The notes: generated from the letters alone by a model not told the origin. DNA of 64,000 nt from Thermoplasmatota archaeon (GCA_041601615.1 JBFIHX010000002.1:64001-128000), one strand, 5' to 3'; shown: positions 49,434 to 58,534, counted from the first letter of the stretch. Program-made: numbers and translations.

Positions 49434-50693
49434 ATGGTCCGGTCGGCCCCAGCGATGCTTCCGCTGCTTCTGTTGCCCCTGCTGGCCGGGTGCCTCGGCC
49501 ACGACGCCCCCGACACCACCTCCGCTGCAACCGCATTCGAAGGCTCCGATGCCGCCGCACGCGAACGCTTCTCCTACACGCTGTTTCTTGGCATCACGGG
49601 CACCGAAGGCCCCCTCGACTGGGCACGCTACGAAGCAGCACTCGCAAGCACCGGCGGCCCCGGCTCCAAGCTTGCAGAAGGCTTCGACCAAGACGTCCCC
49701 AACGGCGCGCTGGGCGACGGCAAACTCGGATCCTGGCTCACCACCCACTTTGCCTACGACGAGGAAAACCGACTCATCGGCGGCTACTACACCCAAACAC
49801 TCGCCGACGGAACCCGCCACCACGTCTTCGCACCCTTCACCGGCCCCTACGCCGGCACCACCGACTTACCCGACATGATCCACGGCAGGCAAACCCCCAC
49901 GGGCACCGCCCTCATGGCACAACTTGCCCCCATCCTGCCCACACTAGCAGCCGTCGCCGACACAGTCCACACGAACGGACGCACCGCCGCCAACGAACCC
50001 GAATCGGACACAGACAGCGACCCCGTCCTCTGCGCCCTGCGCACCCACACGGACCAATGGAACATCAGCAGCGAAGACGCCGCCGCCATCGCCATGGCCG
50101 ATCCCGAATTTCAACAACATCAATCCAATTTGCCCGGCGGCGAACTGAGCTACTACTACTTCCCCAGCCTCGCGGTCGAAGAAGGCTGCCCGGTCGAACT
50201 GGACGTACCCGACAACTTCTGGGCCATCTCCTACACCGACCTGGACACCTTCCTAGACCCCGAAGTGGCAAGCCCGCCACTCTACACCCTCGTCATCGAC
50301 GCCGAAAACGGCCACATCAACGAACGCCGCGTCCTGCCCCTCGTCCTGCGGCCCCCCGTCCTCATCGACGCGGTCCTATCCGCCACCGACCCCGTTGTTC
50401 CCGCCACGAGAACCCAAACACACACGCTCCCCATACTCGTAGAAGAGCACGCAAGCCGCCTCGAACTGCACAGCTACCGCACCGAGCACGCCACCTACAT
50501 GCTCCACGACGCCACGCGCCTTCGCGACCCCTCCGGCCGCATCATCGAAACCCACGGCTTCGCAAGCGCCCTACACCACTACGAAATTACCGACCCCGAA
50601 CCCGGCGAATGGCGCCTCGAATACCGCTACCAGAGCCTCACGCCCAACGGCCAGCACAAACTTGAGGTGCAAGGCGCCGTCTCGTACCATTGA
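49434..50693 (+). CDS. lipoprotein of unknown function
   Basis: lipobox LLAGC; PepSY-like ISSEDAAAIA...VIDAENG; beta-rich C-terminal domain. Confidence 0.72.
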   Translation: MVRSAPAMLPLLLLPLLAGCLGHDAPDTTSAATAFEGSDAAARERFSYTLFLGITGTEGPLDWARYEAALASTGGPGSKLAEGFDQDVPNGALGDGKLGSWLTTHFAYDEENRLIGGYYTQTLADGTRHHVFAPFTGPYAGTTDLPDMIHGRQTPTGTALMAQLAPILPTLAAVADTVHTNGRTAANEPESDTDSDPVLCALRTHTDQWNISSEDAAAIAMADPEFQQHQSNLPGGELSYYYFPSLAVEEGCPVELDVPDNFWAISYTDLDTFLDPEVASPPLYTLVIDAENGHINERRVLPLVLRPPVLIDAVLSATDPVVPATRTQTHTLPILVEEHASRLELHSYRTEHATYMLHDATRLRDPSGRIIETHGFASALHHYEITDPEPGEWRLEYRYQSLTPNGQHKLEVQGAVSYH

Positions 50694-50746
50694 CGGGGGT
50701 TTTTACCGGGCGAAGAGTGGCGGGATTGCGGACTTCGCTCCTGCAT

Positions 50747-51086
50747 CGCCAAACCGCACGCGGAGGCAGCCCAAGCGACCCCAGAAGGAATCGATCGTTC
50801 TGGGCGGCACTCGCTGCTGCTCGGCCACCCGGGTCAATGCCCGCGTGGAATCATACGCCAAACCGCACGCGGAGGCAGCCCAAGCGACCCCAGAAGGGAT
50901 CGATCGTTCTGGGCGGCACACGCTGCTGCTCGGCCACCCGGGTCAATGCCCGCGTGGAATCATACGCCAAACCGCACGCGGAGGCAGCCCAAGCGACCCC
51001 AGAAGGGATCGATCGTTCTGGGCGGCACTCGCTGCTGCTCGGCCACCCGGGTCAATGCCCGCGTGGAATCATACGCCAAACCGCAC
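50747..51086 (+). repeat. tandem array of three 109-bp units plus a partial fourth, upstream of tRNA-Ser
   Basis: units start at 50747, 50856, 50965 and 51074; only two variable positions (50789, 50920). Confidence 0.95.
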
Positions 51087-51170
51087 GCGGAGATAGCCAA
51101 GCTCGGCCCACGGCGCCCGTCTTGAAAACGGGTGGACTTGTCCTCGGGGGTTCAAATCCCTCTCTCCGCG
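51087..51170 (+). tRNA. tRNA-Ser(TGA)
   Basis: acceptor GCGGAGA/TCTCCGC with discriminator G; anticodon arm CCCGT-CTTGAAA-ACGGG; long variable arm; TTCAAAT. Confidence 0.94.
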
Positions 51171-51199
51171 CTTCCATTCCTTTTGTGAACATCGCGTGT

Positions 51200-51841
51200 T
51201 CACACGATGCGTTGCCCGTCTCCCTGCGCCTCACTCATCGGCCCCGGCACCAAATTCACCAGTGCCAATTGCGCCCCGTCGCCATTCCAGGAACCGGCAT
51301 TGATGCAGCCGTAATCCTGGCAGAGGCGAAAGGCGCCCATGTAGGGGATGTCCAGGGCGCTGGCCAAGAAGGCGCGGTTCGTACCGGCGTGGCTGAACAC
51401 CGCAACGGTGCGACCCTCGAACTCCTCAACGATACGCGCCAACTCGGCCTGAACGCGGGCAGCAAACGCGCCGGCACTCTCGCCACCAGGACAGGCAATC
51501 GAGGTTGGATCGTCGGCCCATTTTGCCGCAAATTCAGGGTCGCGGGCGGCGATTTCTTCCCAAGTGCGCGTCTCCCACTGCCCAAAGTCCATTTCGGCGA
51601 GCTCCAAGCGAATCTCGGGCTTGATCTGGATGGCCTCGGCAAGCGGCCGGGCGGTATTTTGGGCGCGCAACCGGGGACTCGTGAGCACGGCATCGATGCC
51701 TTGGCCGTCCAGGAAGGAGCCGATTGCTTCTGCTTGGTGTCGGCCAAGCTCACTCAGACGAACATCGGTGCGTCCGACGAAGGTGCCCACGAAAGGCGCC
51801 TCCACCTCCCCATGTCGAGCAAACCAGATGCGCGTGGCCAC
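51200..51841 (-). CDS. histidine phosphatase family protein (CobC/PGM-like)
   Basis: ARHGE; SPRLRAQNTA; EMDFGQWE; GGES; FSHAG. Confidence 0.92.
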   Translation of the reverse strand: MATRIWFARHGEVEAPFVGTFVGRTDVRLSELGRHQAEAIGSFLDGQGIDAVLTSPRLRAQNTARPLAEAIQIKPEIRLELAEMDFGQWETRTWEEIAARDPEFAAKWADDPTSIACPGGESAGAFAARVQAELARIVEEFEGRTVAVFSHAGTNRAFLASALDIPYMGAFRLCQDYGCINAGSWNGDGAQLALVNLVPGPMSEAQGDGQRIV

Positions 51842-51880
51842 GGCGCTGCCACCGGGCCGGGTGCATTGGCTTTTTGGCAC

Positions 51881-52195
51881 ATGCGCCGGTCCTCGGTCGT
51901 GCCCGGCGTCACCGCCATGCTCGGATACGAGGAATCAGAGCTGGATCCAGCCATCCAAGCGGAGATCCTCTTTGAATCCGCGCGCACGGAGGCACGCATC
52001 GCCATTTTGGAGATTCTTGTCGCCTTGGGCTTCGGGATTTGGTACCATGTGCAAGGGCCGGTGTTTCGCGCCGTCGCGTTGTTTTGTCTCTTGACCGTCA
52101 TCCCGCTTCTCGTGGACGCGGCCCTTCGTCGCAAAGCGGCCTCGCGGTTGCAGGGCATCGGTCCGCAACCGGCGACTCTGCCGGGCGGGCGCTAA
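51881..52195 (+). CDS. small 2-TM membrane protein
   Basis: two hydrophobic helices; start uncertain. Confidence 0.45.
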   Translation: MRRSSVVPGVTAMLGYEESELDPAIQAEILFESARTEARIAILEILVALGFGIWYHVQGPVFRAVALFCLLTVIPLLVDAALRRKAASRLQGIGPQPATLPGGR

Positions 52196-52207
52196 GCCGT
52201 TGATGGG

Positions 52208-52597
52208 TTAGGAGACGGCTTGGTCGAGCCGATACAATCGCCCCTTGCCCCGGCTTGCCAGGACGATGAGGCCGCGACGCCTTGCTTCCGCCTGGAGAAG
52301 CCGGTCGTTGCTCAGAACTGCGGCCCGGAGCTTGGATGCCACATTGAGCACCGCGTCGTCGCCGGGAAGGTCCGTCGCTGCGCGTTCAAAGCGGACGAGG
52401 AGCCGGAGGGCGCCCGTGGCCGCCCGAGCAGTGGCATCCTGGCCGTCGGCAAGGGTTTGAAGCTCTGTCACGACAGCGTCGGGGACCACGAACCGCACGG
52501 CCCCAAGGATGCCTTCGGCCTCCAGGAGAATGTCTGTGCCGTCGGTGAACGGAAGCAGCAGTGCATTGGTGTCCAGGACCACGGGGACGCCGGACAC
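52208..52597 (-). CDS. PIN-domain protein (aIF2-gamma-associated)
   Basis: VLDTNALL; VVTEL; GDDA; LSNDRLL; typical archaeal position after aIF2-gamma. Confidence 0.88.
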   Translation of the reverse strand: MSGVPVVLDTNALLLPFTDGTDILLEAEGILGAVRFVVPDAVVTELQTLADGQDATARAATGALRLLVRFERAATDLPGDDAVLNVASKLRAAVLSNDRLLQAEARRRGLIVLASRGKGRLYRLDQAVS

Positions 52598-52610
52598 GAA
52601 TGGGGGCCTC

Positions 52611-53861
52611 CTATTGCAGGACGCCGTAGCCGATGAGGCGCCAGCGGCCACCGACGCGGCGGCTGATGGCCACACGACTTCCTGCTTCGCCTGCGACAGG
52701 GAGCTTCAGCACGGCTTCGATGTTGCCGCCGGCCGACTTCAGAACGAGTCCGACGGTGGTTGCGGTGCCGACGTTGAGCATCAGTGGTTCCTTGACTTTG
52801 ATGGGCTCGACGGTGGTGTCTTCGCTTGCGCCCACGACGCGGTCCAGCAAGTGGACTTCCATTTGGAGGCGGTCGCGGACTTCGGGAAGTTCTCCCGGGT
52901 GGCCGAGCACGCGACCCACGAGGTTGTCGGCCTTGGTGACGCTGGGGTCAAGTTCGGTGCCGATGGCAATGAGGCCGCCGGGGGTCGCTTCCTTGAGGCT
53001 CTGGGTGCCGCAGTACAGCGATGTGACCTTGGTGGTCACTGGCACATACTTCGCTTTGCCGTCCTTTTCGACGCGAAGGCCGGGCTGGACCTCGATTTTG
53101 TCGCCGACTTTGAGCGTGCCTCGGCTCAGGGTGCCGCCGATGACGCCGCCGCGAATTTTCTTGGGGGCGGTGCCGGGGCGGTTGATGTCGAAGCTGCGGG
53201 CCACGAGCATCTGCGGCGAGGCCGCGGGGTCGTGGGGTCGGCTCGGAATGTGGGCCTCGATGGCCTTGATGAGTTGCCCGAGGTTCACGTCGTGGTGGGC
53301 AGAAATCGGGATGATGGGGGCGTCCTCGGCGACGGTGCCTTTGACGAACGCCTTGATTTCCTTGTAGTTTTCAACCGCTCGCTCTTCGGATACGAGGTCG
53401 ATTTTGTTCTGGACGATGACGATGTTCTTGGCGCCCATGGTGTCGAGGGCCATGAGGTGCTCGCGCGTCTGCGGCTGCGGGCACTTCTCGTTGGCGGCGA
53501 CCATCAAGAGGGCACCATCCATGAGGGCGGCGCCAGAGAGCATGGTGGCCATGAGCGTCTCGTGGCCGGGGGCGTCCACGAAGCTGACGCGGCGCAGTTC
53601 TTCGGCCTTGCCCACTAGGCGCGGGTCGTCTGCCTTCGTGGTGTAGAGTTCGTGCCCTTCGGCGTCGAGGCCCTTGAAGAACGTGGAATCGGCGTAGCCC
53701 AGCTTGATGCTGATGCCGCGGCGAATTTCTTCTGAATGCTCGTCCGTCCATTTTCCAGAAAGGGCCTTGGTGAGGGTGGTCTTACCGTGGTCCACATGAC
53801 CGATAAGTCCGATGTTCACCTCTGGTTGTCCGGGGGCATCCTTGGGCACGGGCGCGGCCAA
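52611..53861 (-). CDS. eif2g: translation initiation factor 2 subunit gamma
   Basis: QPEVNIG; GHVDHGKTT; RGISIKLGY; DAPGHETLMATMLSGAA; PQPQTREH; WRLIGYG. Confidence 0.98.
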   Translation of the reverse strand: MAAPVPKDAPGQPEVNIGLIGHVDHGKTTLTKALSGKWTDEHSEEIRRGISIKLGYADSTFFKGLDAEGHELYTTKADDPRLVGKAEELRRVSFVDAPGHETLMATMLSGAALMDGALLMVAANEKCPQPQTREHLMALDTMGAKNIVIVQNKIDLVSEERAVENYKEIKAFVKGTVAEDAPIIPISAHHDVNLGQLIKAIEAHIPSRPHDPAASPQMLVARSFDINRPGTAPKKIRGGVIGGTLSRGTLKVGDKIEVQPGLRVEKDGKAKYVPVTTKVTSLYCGTQSLKEATPGGLIAIGTELDPSVTKADNLVGRVLGHPGELPEVRDRLQMEVHLLDRVVGASEDTTVEPIKVKEPLMLNVGTATTVGLVLKSAGGNIEAVLKLPVAGEAGSRVAISRRVGGRWRLIGYGVLQ

Positions 53862-53895
53862 GTGGGCCCTTGATAAAAGGCCGGCGGCCCCGAGG

Positions 53896-54078
53896 TTACG
53901 GCGCGCGCAGGCCCGGGGCGCCTCGTTGTCGGCCCAAGAATGCTGCGGCTCCTAGCAACAACAGAGCGGTCCCAATGGCAAAGAAGCGACCTGCGCCATT
54001 GGTTTGGGCTGCGAGCCAAGCCTCTACGGCAGCCAGCGCAAGCAGGAGCGCGACGCCGACTGCACGCATCCGAGCCAT
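53896..54078 (-). CDS. small 2-TM membrane protein
   Basis: hydrophobic 60-aa ORF. Confidence 0.4.
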   Translation of the reverse strand: MARMRAVGVALLLALAAVEAWLAAQTNGAGRFFAIGTALLLLGAAAFLGRQRGAPGLRAP

Positions 54079-54433
54079 GGTCCGAGAAGGCGCGGACGGT
54101 GATTTGAGGTCGTCGGAGCACGGGCGAGGCGGCGTCAAACCAACAACTGTGCTAGTGGCCCTCCCCTTGAATTGCCAGAGGGGTACGTTCGCCTACCCCC
54201 TTCTCGACCACAAAAGGTTCCAGGTGCTTTCTGTCTCTCGTGCGAGTTGATTTTCTTCTTCAATGCCCTCCCGATTGTGGCTTCAAGTTGCAACAATGGA
54301 ACTGCGTGGAGGATTCCCAAGAGGGCCCTGTTGGGATCTGGCACACCCAATGTCCTGCTTGTGGTCGATCGTGGATTGTGGAGTGTCATGCTCCATAATC
54401 ATCGTCCACCTTCCGTACGGATTGTGCCTGGAG

Positions 54434-55216
54434 TTAGCTTCGAGCCGCCGCCAGTGCAACTGGCCGGCCCGCTCCCGTTTCGATCTTGCGAATTCGGCCG
54501 CTTTCCATGTGGACGATGCGGTGACATGAGCGCGCTATGGCTTCGTCGTGCGTGACAATGACGTAGGTTTGCCCTTGCTTTCCATTCAATTCATGCAGCA
54601 AGTCAAGGATTTCCTGTCCTGTCTCCGTGTCGAGGTTGCCCGTGGGTTCATCGGCCCATACGATGGCAGGCTCATTGACCAGACTGCGGGCGATGGTGAC
54701 TCGCTGTTGCTGGCCTCCGGACAACTCCTTGGGCCTGTGGTGCAAGTGATCGCCGAGCCCAACTCGAACGAGCGCTTGCGTAGCGCGCCGGGCGGCGGTT
54801 TTGGGATCTGCGCCGGCCACGAGAAGGGGCAGTTCCACATTCTCCACGGCGGTGAGCACGGGTAGGAGGTTGAAGCTCTGAAACACGAAGCCCATGCGGC
54901 GGGCGCGCAGCCGTGTCCGTTCCAAATCGGATAGGGCGGCCATTTCCTGTCCCTCCAGTTGCACGGAGCCGGTGCTTACGTCATCGAGGCCGCTGAGGCA
55001 GTTCAGGAGCGTGGTTTTGCCACAACCACTGGGCCCCATGATTGCGACCATTTCTCCACGACGAATGTCCAGGTCGACGCCTTTGAGGGCTTCAAGTCGC
55101 AAGCGACCTGTCTCGTACACCTTGGAGACCCTGCGCGCCTGCACGATGGCATCGTCCACACTTGGTTCACCTCGGCGCGAAAGAAAGCGTTTGTCGGCAT
55201 CGGGTTTGAACGTCAC
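54434..55216 (-). CDS. ABC transporter ATP-binding protein (LolD/MacB type)
   Basis: GPSGCGKT; GFVFQSFNL; LSGGQQQRV; ADEPTGNLD; VTH. Confidence 0.95.
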   Translation of the reverse strand: MTFKPDADKRFLSRRGEPSVDDAIVQARRVSKVYETGRLRLEALKGVDLDIRRGEMVAIMGPSGCGKTTLLNCLSGLDDVSTGSVQLEGQEMAALSDLERTRLRARRMGFVFQSFNLLPVLTAVENVELPLLVAGADPKTAARRATQALVRVGLGDHLHHRPKELSGGQQQRVTIARSLVNEPAIVWADEPTGNLDTETGQEILDLLHELNGKQGQTYVIVTHDEAIARSCHRIVHMESGRIRKIETGAGRPVALAAARS

Positions 55217-56244
55217 TTGTTGCGTCGGCGTGCTGCTGCGACGAGCGCCAAAGCGAGTGCGGCAATCATAACCGGAGCCCCGAGCGGGCTGTCTTTGCCG
55301 GGCGCAGGCACGTCTTCGGGCGTATCGGCCTCGACGTTGACCTTGCCGTCGTCTTGGCGGGCAAATTTGCTCGTCGGCACCGTAATTGCCTCATGGCCGC
55401 CAAGGTCGGTGGTGAGTTCTAGAATCAAGTCGCCATCCTTGGGGGCTTCTTGGACGTGGAATGTGAACTTCGGGTTCGTTCCCGGCTCCACGGCACGCGG
55501 CTCCACGTTGATGAGTCGGGTGACCCAGCCGGTTTGTTCCGGGACGGTGAGGATGATGTGTTGGCCAATGACGGAGATGAGGTTCTCGACGGTGACCGTG
55601 ACGGTGCCGTTGGCGGCGGCCGAGACGGTGCTGCGGGTGTAGCCGTGGGGCAGAGCAATGGTGATGTCCCCCGTTACGACGGTGCTGGCGCCGTCGATGG
55701 CTCCAGCGCCACCTGTGCCGGGAATGAACCGACCACCAGGGGCTACGTCTCGAATATCCTCGTCGGCATAGCTGCTCCAGACGAAATCGCTGACCGTGTC
55801 GCCGACTCCAATGCCAAGTTCGCTGTTGGCGACCCAGACTTGAAGGCTGCCCTCTACGGTCCCGGTCGGTTCGGTCATGAGGCTCGATTCGGCGACTTTG
55901 ATATTGCCTTCCCAGTCGACACCATCCGTGCTGCTGATGCGGTAGTCGTGCGCGCTGCCGCCGGCACTGAAGCTCAGGTCGAGGTGCAAGTTGTTTGCAA
56001 TTTTGGCGGGGCCGAATCCTCCATAGATGATCATGCGAAACATCAGGCCATCCTCGCCGGCCTGCCGATCGTAGGCCTCACGAACGTAGAGATCTTGCAA
56101 GTCAAAGCCATCGTAGTAGGCGTAGCTGTCGTCTGTGTCGTCCGCCAAGAGGTGCACTTCGTTGTCCAGCGGGTCGGGCGAGGCGTGCCCTTGTGCCAGC
56201 GGCGCGAGCAGCAGAACGGTCAGCACCACGAGGCGTTTTGTCAT
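55213..56244 (-). CDS. secreted surface protein with predicted N-terminal His and C-terminal anchor
   Basis: signal peptide ...LAQG|H; paralog of 57164; KDSP-TM-RRR. Confidence 0.8.
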   Translation of the reverse strand: MTKRLVVLTVLLLAPLAQGHASPDPLDNEVHLLADDTDDSYAYYDGFDLQDLYVREAYDRQAGEDGLMFRMIIYGGFGPAKIANNLHLDLSFSAGGSAHDYRISSTDGVDWEGNIKVAESSLMTEPTGTVEGSLQVWVANSELGIGVGDTVSDFVWSSYADEDIRDVAPGGRFIPGTGGAGAIDGASTVVTGDITIALPHGYTRSTVSAAANGTVTVTVENLISVIGQHIILTVPEQTGWVTRLINVEPRAVEPGTNPKFTFHVQEAPKDGDLILELTTDLGGHEAITVPTSKFARQDDGKVNVEADTPEDVPAPGKDSPLGAPVMIAALALALVAAARRRNK

Positions 56245-56292
56245 GTTCCGAACACGCGCCGGCCGGGTTGATAAGACTTGTCGACGTCTTGT

Positions 56293-56784
56293 TCAACCAT
56301 ACAAGTCGCCCCAGACGCGGCTGAATCGATCCACGAGGTCGGGCGTGGGTTGGTGGCGTTCCAGGAGGCGACGCACCACGGCTTCATCTTCAAGACAGAA
56401 CTCGAAGCCGTCTTTTCGCACCACATCTGCAGCCACGAGTCGTTTGAGGTGGAACGTAAGCGTGGATTTGCCAAGGCCCGTCAGTTCGGCAAGTGCTGCG
56501 TGCCGTAGGGCGCCGTGTTCCAAGAGTGCCAACACAATATGGAGGCGTTTGGGGTCGCGCACGGCGGCAAGGGCAGGCCGTGGAAAGCCTTCATGTGCAG
56601 GAAACAGGCGGTGTGCTCCCTCGGCTTCGACGCGTTCAATCAGGCCGTCTTCGAGGAGGCTGGGGACATGGTATTCCACGAGGGCGATGGAAGTCCTCAG
56701 CTGCCGGGCCACTTCCCGCAGGTGCAGGCCCGGGTAGCGCCGGACCAAGGCGAGGATGCGGTCGCGCATGGCATCGGTGGCCAT
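56293..56784 (-). CDS. tandem winged-helix transcriptional regulator (module B)
   Basis: YPGLHLREV...LVEYH; STLTFHLKRL; paralog of 31931. Confidence 0.88.
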   Translation of the reverse strand: MATDAMRDRILALVRRYPGLHLREVARQLRTSIALVEYHVPSLLEDGLIERVEAEGAHRLFPAHEGFPRPALAAVRDPKRLHIVLALLEHGALRHAALAELTGLGKSTLTFHLKRLVAADVVRKDGFEFCLEDEAVVRRLLERHQPTPDLVDRFSRVWGDLYG

Positions 56785-56785
56785 G

Positions 56786-57061
56786 TCACTTCAGAAGCGG
56801 GAGGACCAAGAGCGTCACGATGCCAAGATCGAACAGGCTGGAGATCAGTTCGAGGTGCTGATGGGCAACGGCGTGGGCAATCAATGCGTAGGCGACCAGA
56901 AGCCCTTTGAGCGCCATCACCCCGAAGGCGGCGGCCAGGAACCAGAGTTTGCGGTTGCCCGTTCGGTGCACGGCACGCGAGGCGAGGATTCCGAGCCCGA
57001 TGCTGATTGCCGACACCACGAGAATGACGACCACGGCGGCGGTTTCACTTGGATGGGCCAC
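56786..57061 (-). CDS. small 3-TM membrane protein (module B)
   Basis: AVHRTGNRKLWFLAAAF; His-rich loop HAVAHQH. Confidence 0.75.
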   Translation of the reverse strand: MAHPSETAAVVVILVVSAISIGLGILASRAVHRTGNRKLWFLAAAFGVMALKGLLVAYALIAHAVAHQHLELISSLFDLGIVTLLVLPLLK

Positions 57062-57106
57062 GATGTGCGACCCGCGCTGGTGCTTGAAGCCGTTGCGAAC
57101 CGTCCA

Positions 57107-57160
57107 GTTCAAGATATGACAAGAACACCCAAATAGCACCAAGTTTGTCAATCTTTGAAC
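57107..57160. promoter_or_regulatory. inverted repeat in divergent promoter region
   Basis: GTTCAAGATATGACAA (57107-57122) ... TTGTCAATCTTTGAAC (57145-57160). Confidence 0.5.
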
Positions 57161-57163
57161 ACG

Positions 57164-58534
57164 ATGCGACTGATTGCCCCCCTCGCCCTGTCCGCCCTCC
57201 TGTTGCTGGCCCCCCTGGCCGCTGCCCATGCCGCCGCACCTGCCCGGGATTTCGAGACCCGTATTCTGCACGACCACAACGACGATTCCGCAGTTGTACT
57301 CCTGGGCAAGCATGGCTTCGACACCATCGCCCTTGATGTCCGCGAAGCCCGAACCGCCATCGGCACTCCAGTTCTTGTCCTGCGCCTGCTTCTCAACGGC
57401 GGCTGCAATGGCAACCTGCCCTCGGATTGCCCAGAACTCTCCGAAGTCGTGCGCTTCACCGCCGACGGCACGGAACACTCCATCGCATTCAAGACCACAG
57501 ACGGCGGCGCCACCTGGTCCGGCGATGCCGTCCAGTTTGTGGGCCCCATGGGAATCAACGACGGCGCTCGATTCGCCATCGAAGCCTGGGTGCCCACAGC
57601 CCCCCTAGGAATCGGCCCTGGAACCGTGCTTTCGGACTGGTTCGTAGAGGGCTACTCGGGAGACAGTTCTGCCGACAACATGCCCGAAGGGGTCGTTGCC
57701 GGCGTGCCTGACCCGCTCGAGGGCGCATTCGACCTTGGCGACTACACCGTAGGATCGCCCGACATCTACGTATCCGCGCTTGCCCAAATTGCAGAGGCAA
57801 CGGCGAGCGCCGGCGACGAGGTCCGCTTCCCCGTCGACATTCGCAACATGCTCAGCATCGAACAAATTGTAGACCTCCAAGCCCTAGGTTCGCCCGAGTC
57901 CCGCATCGAACTGGACGGCATAGCAGTGCAAAATGTCAGCCTCGCCGCGAACTTCACCAAGACCGTCGAAGTGGTCGTTACGGCCCCCGACGCGAGCGCA
58001 CCCGTTGTCCTCGTGGCCACTTCCGGCCTCGGTGGCTTTTCCGTGGCGTCTCTTTCCATCAACGCCAAGGCCTCAGGCAATCCCGCAACCAGCATGGTGG
58101 ACAGCCCCGACATCCCAAGCGGCACATCATGGAGCCACACATTCACCAAGGCTGGAACGTTTGCCTACCACAACCACCACACTCCTGGTCAAATGGGCAC
58201 GATCCAAGTCGTCAGCAGCGCCGGCGCCACGCCAAAGGAAACCCACGAAGTTGCGCGCACGGACGCCGGTTTTGCACCCAAAACGCTGACCATCAACGTG
58301 GGCGACACCGTCACCTGGACCAACGACGCAAGCGACCTGCTTCGAATCATGGGCGGTTACGACGACGCGTCGATGGATCACGACGACGGCATGCACGACG
58401 ACAAGCACGATGACGAGCACGATGACCACCACGGCGATGGCCCCGATGCCAAAGCCACTCCGGGCGTGCCGGCCATGCTCCTTGGCATCGCGCTCGTCGC
58501 CCTTGCTGCCGTTCGTCGCCGCGTCAAGCAGTAA
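57164..58534 (+). CDS. secreted surface protein: His-start domain + permuted cupredoxin + His/Asp tract + anchor
   Basis: signal peptide AAA|H; WSHTFTKAGTFAYH..MGTIQV precedes FAPKTLTINVGDTVTWTN; KATPG-TM-RRR. Confidence 0.82.
   Translation: MRLIAPLALSALLLLAPLAAAHAAAPARDFETRILHDHNDDSAVVLLGKHGFDTIALDVREARTAIGTPVLVLRLLLNGGCNGNLPSDCPELSEVVRFTADGTEHSIAFKTTDGGATWSGDAVQFVGPMGINDGARFAIEAWVPTAPLGIGPGTVLSDWFVEGYSGDSSADNMPEGVVAGVPDPLEGAFDLGDYTVGSPDIYVSALAQIAEATASAGDEVRFPVDIRNMLSIEQIVDLQALGSPESRIELDGIAVQNVSLAANFTKTVEVVVTAPDASAPVVLVATSGLGGFSVASLSINAKASGNPATSMVDSPDIPSGTSWSHTFTKAGTFAYHNHHTPGQMGTIQVVSSAGATPKETHEVARTDAGFAPKTLTINVGDTVTWTNDASDLLRIMGGYDDASMDHDDGMHDDKHDDEHDDHHGDGPDAKATPGVPAMLLGIALVALAAVRRRVKQ

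Noticed and set aside
50747-51086. Possible CRISPR array
   Set aside because: Units are identical end to end with no unique spacers, and no cas genes are present
50690-51880. Long ORFs running through the 109-bp repeats and tRNA-Ser
   Set aside because: The unit length is not a multiple of three, so peptides recur across frames; they overlap a clear tRNA and the phosphatase gene
54135-54430. Short ORFs in the lower-GC gap after the ABC ATPase
   Set aside because: No recognisable motifs, and the frame with the best ribosome-binding site stops after 39 codons
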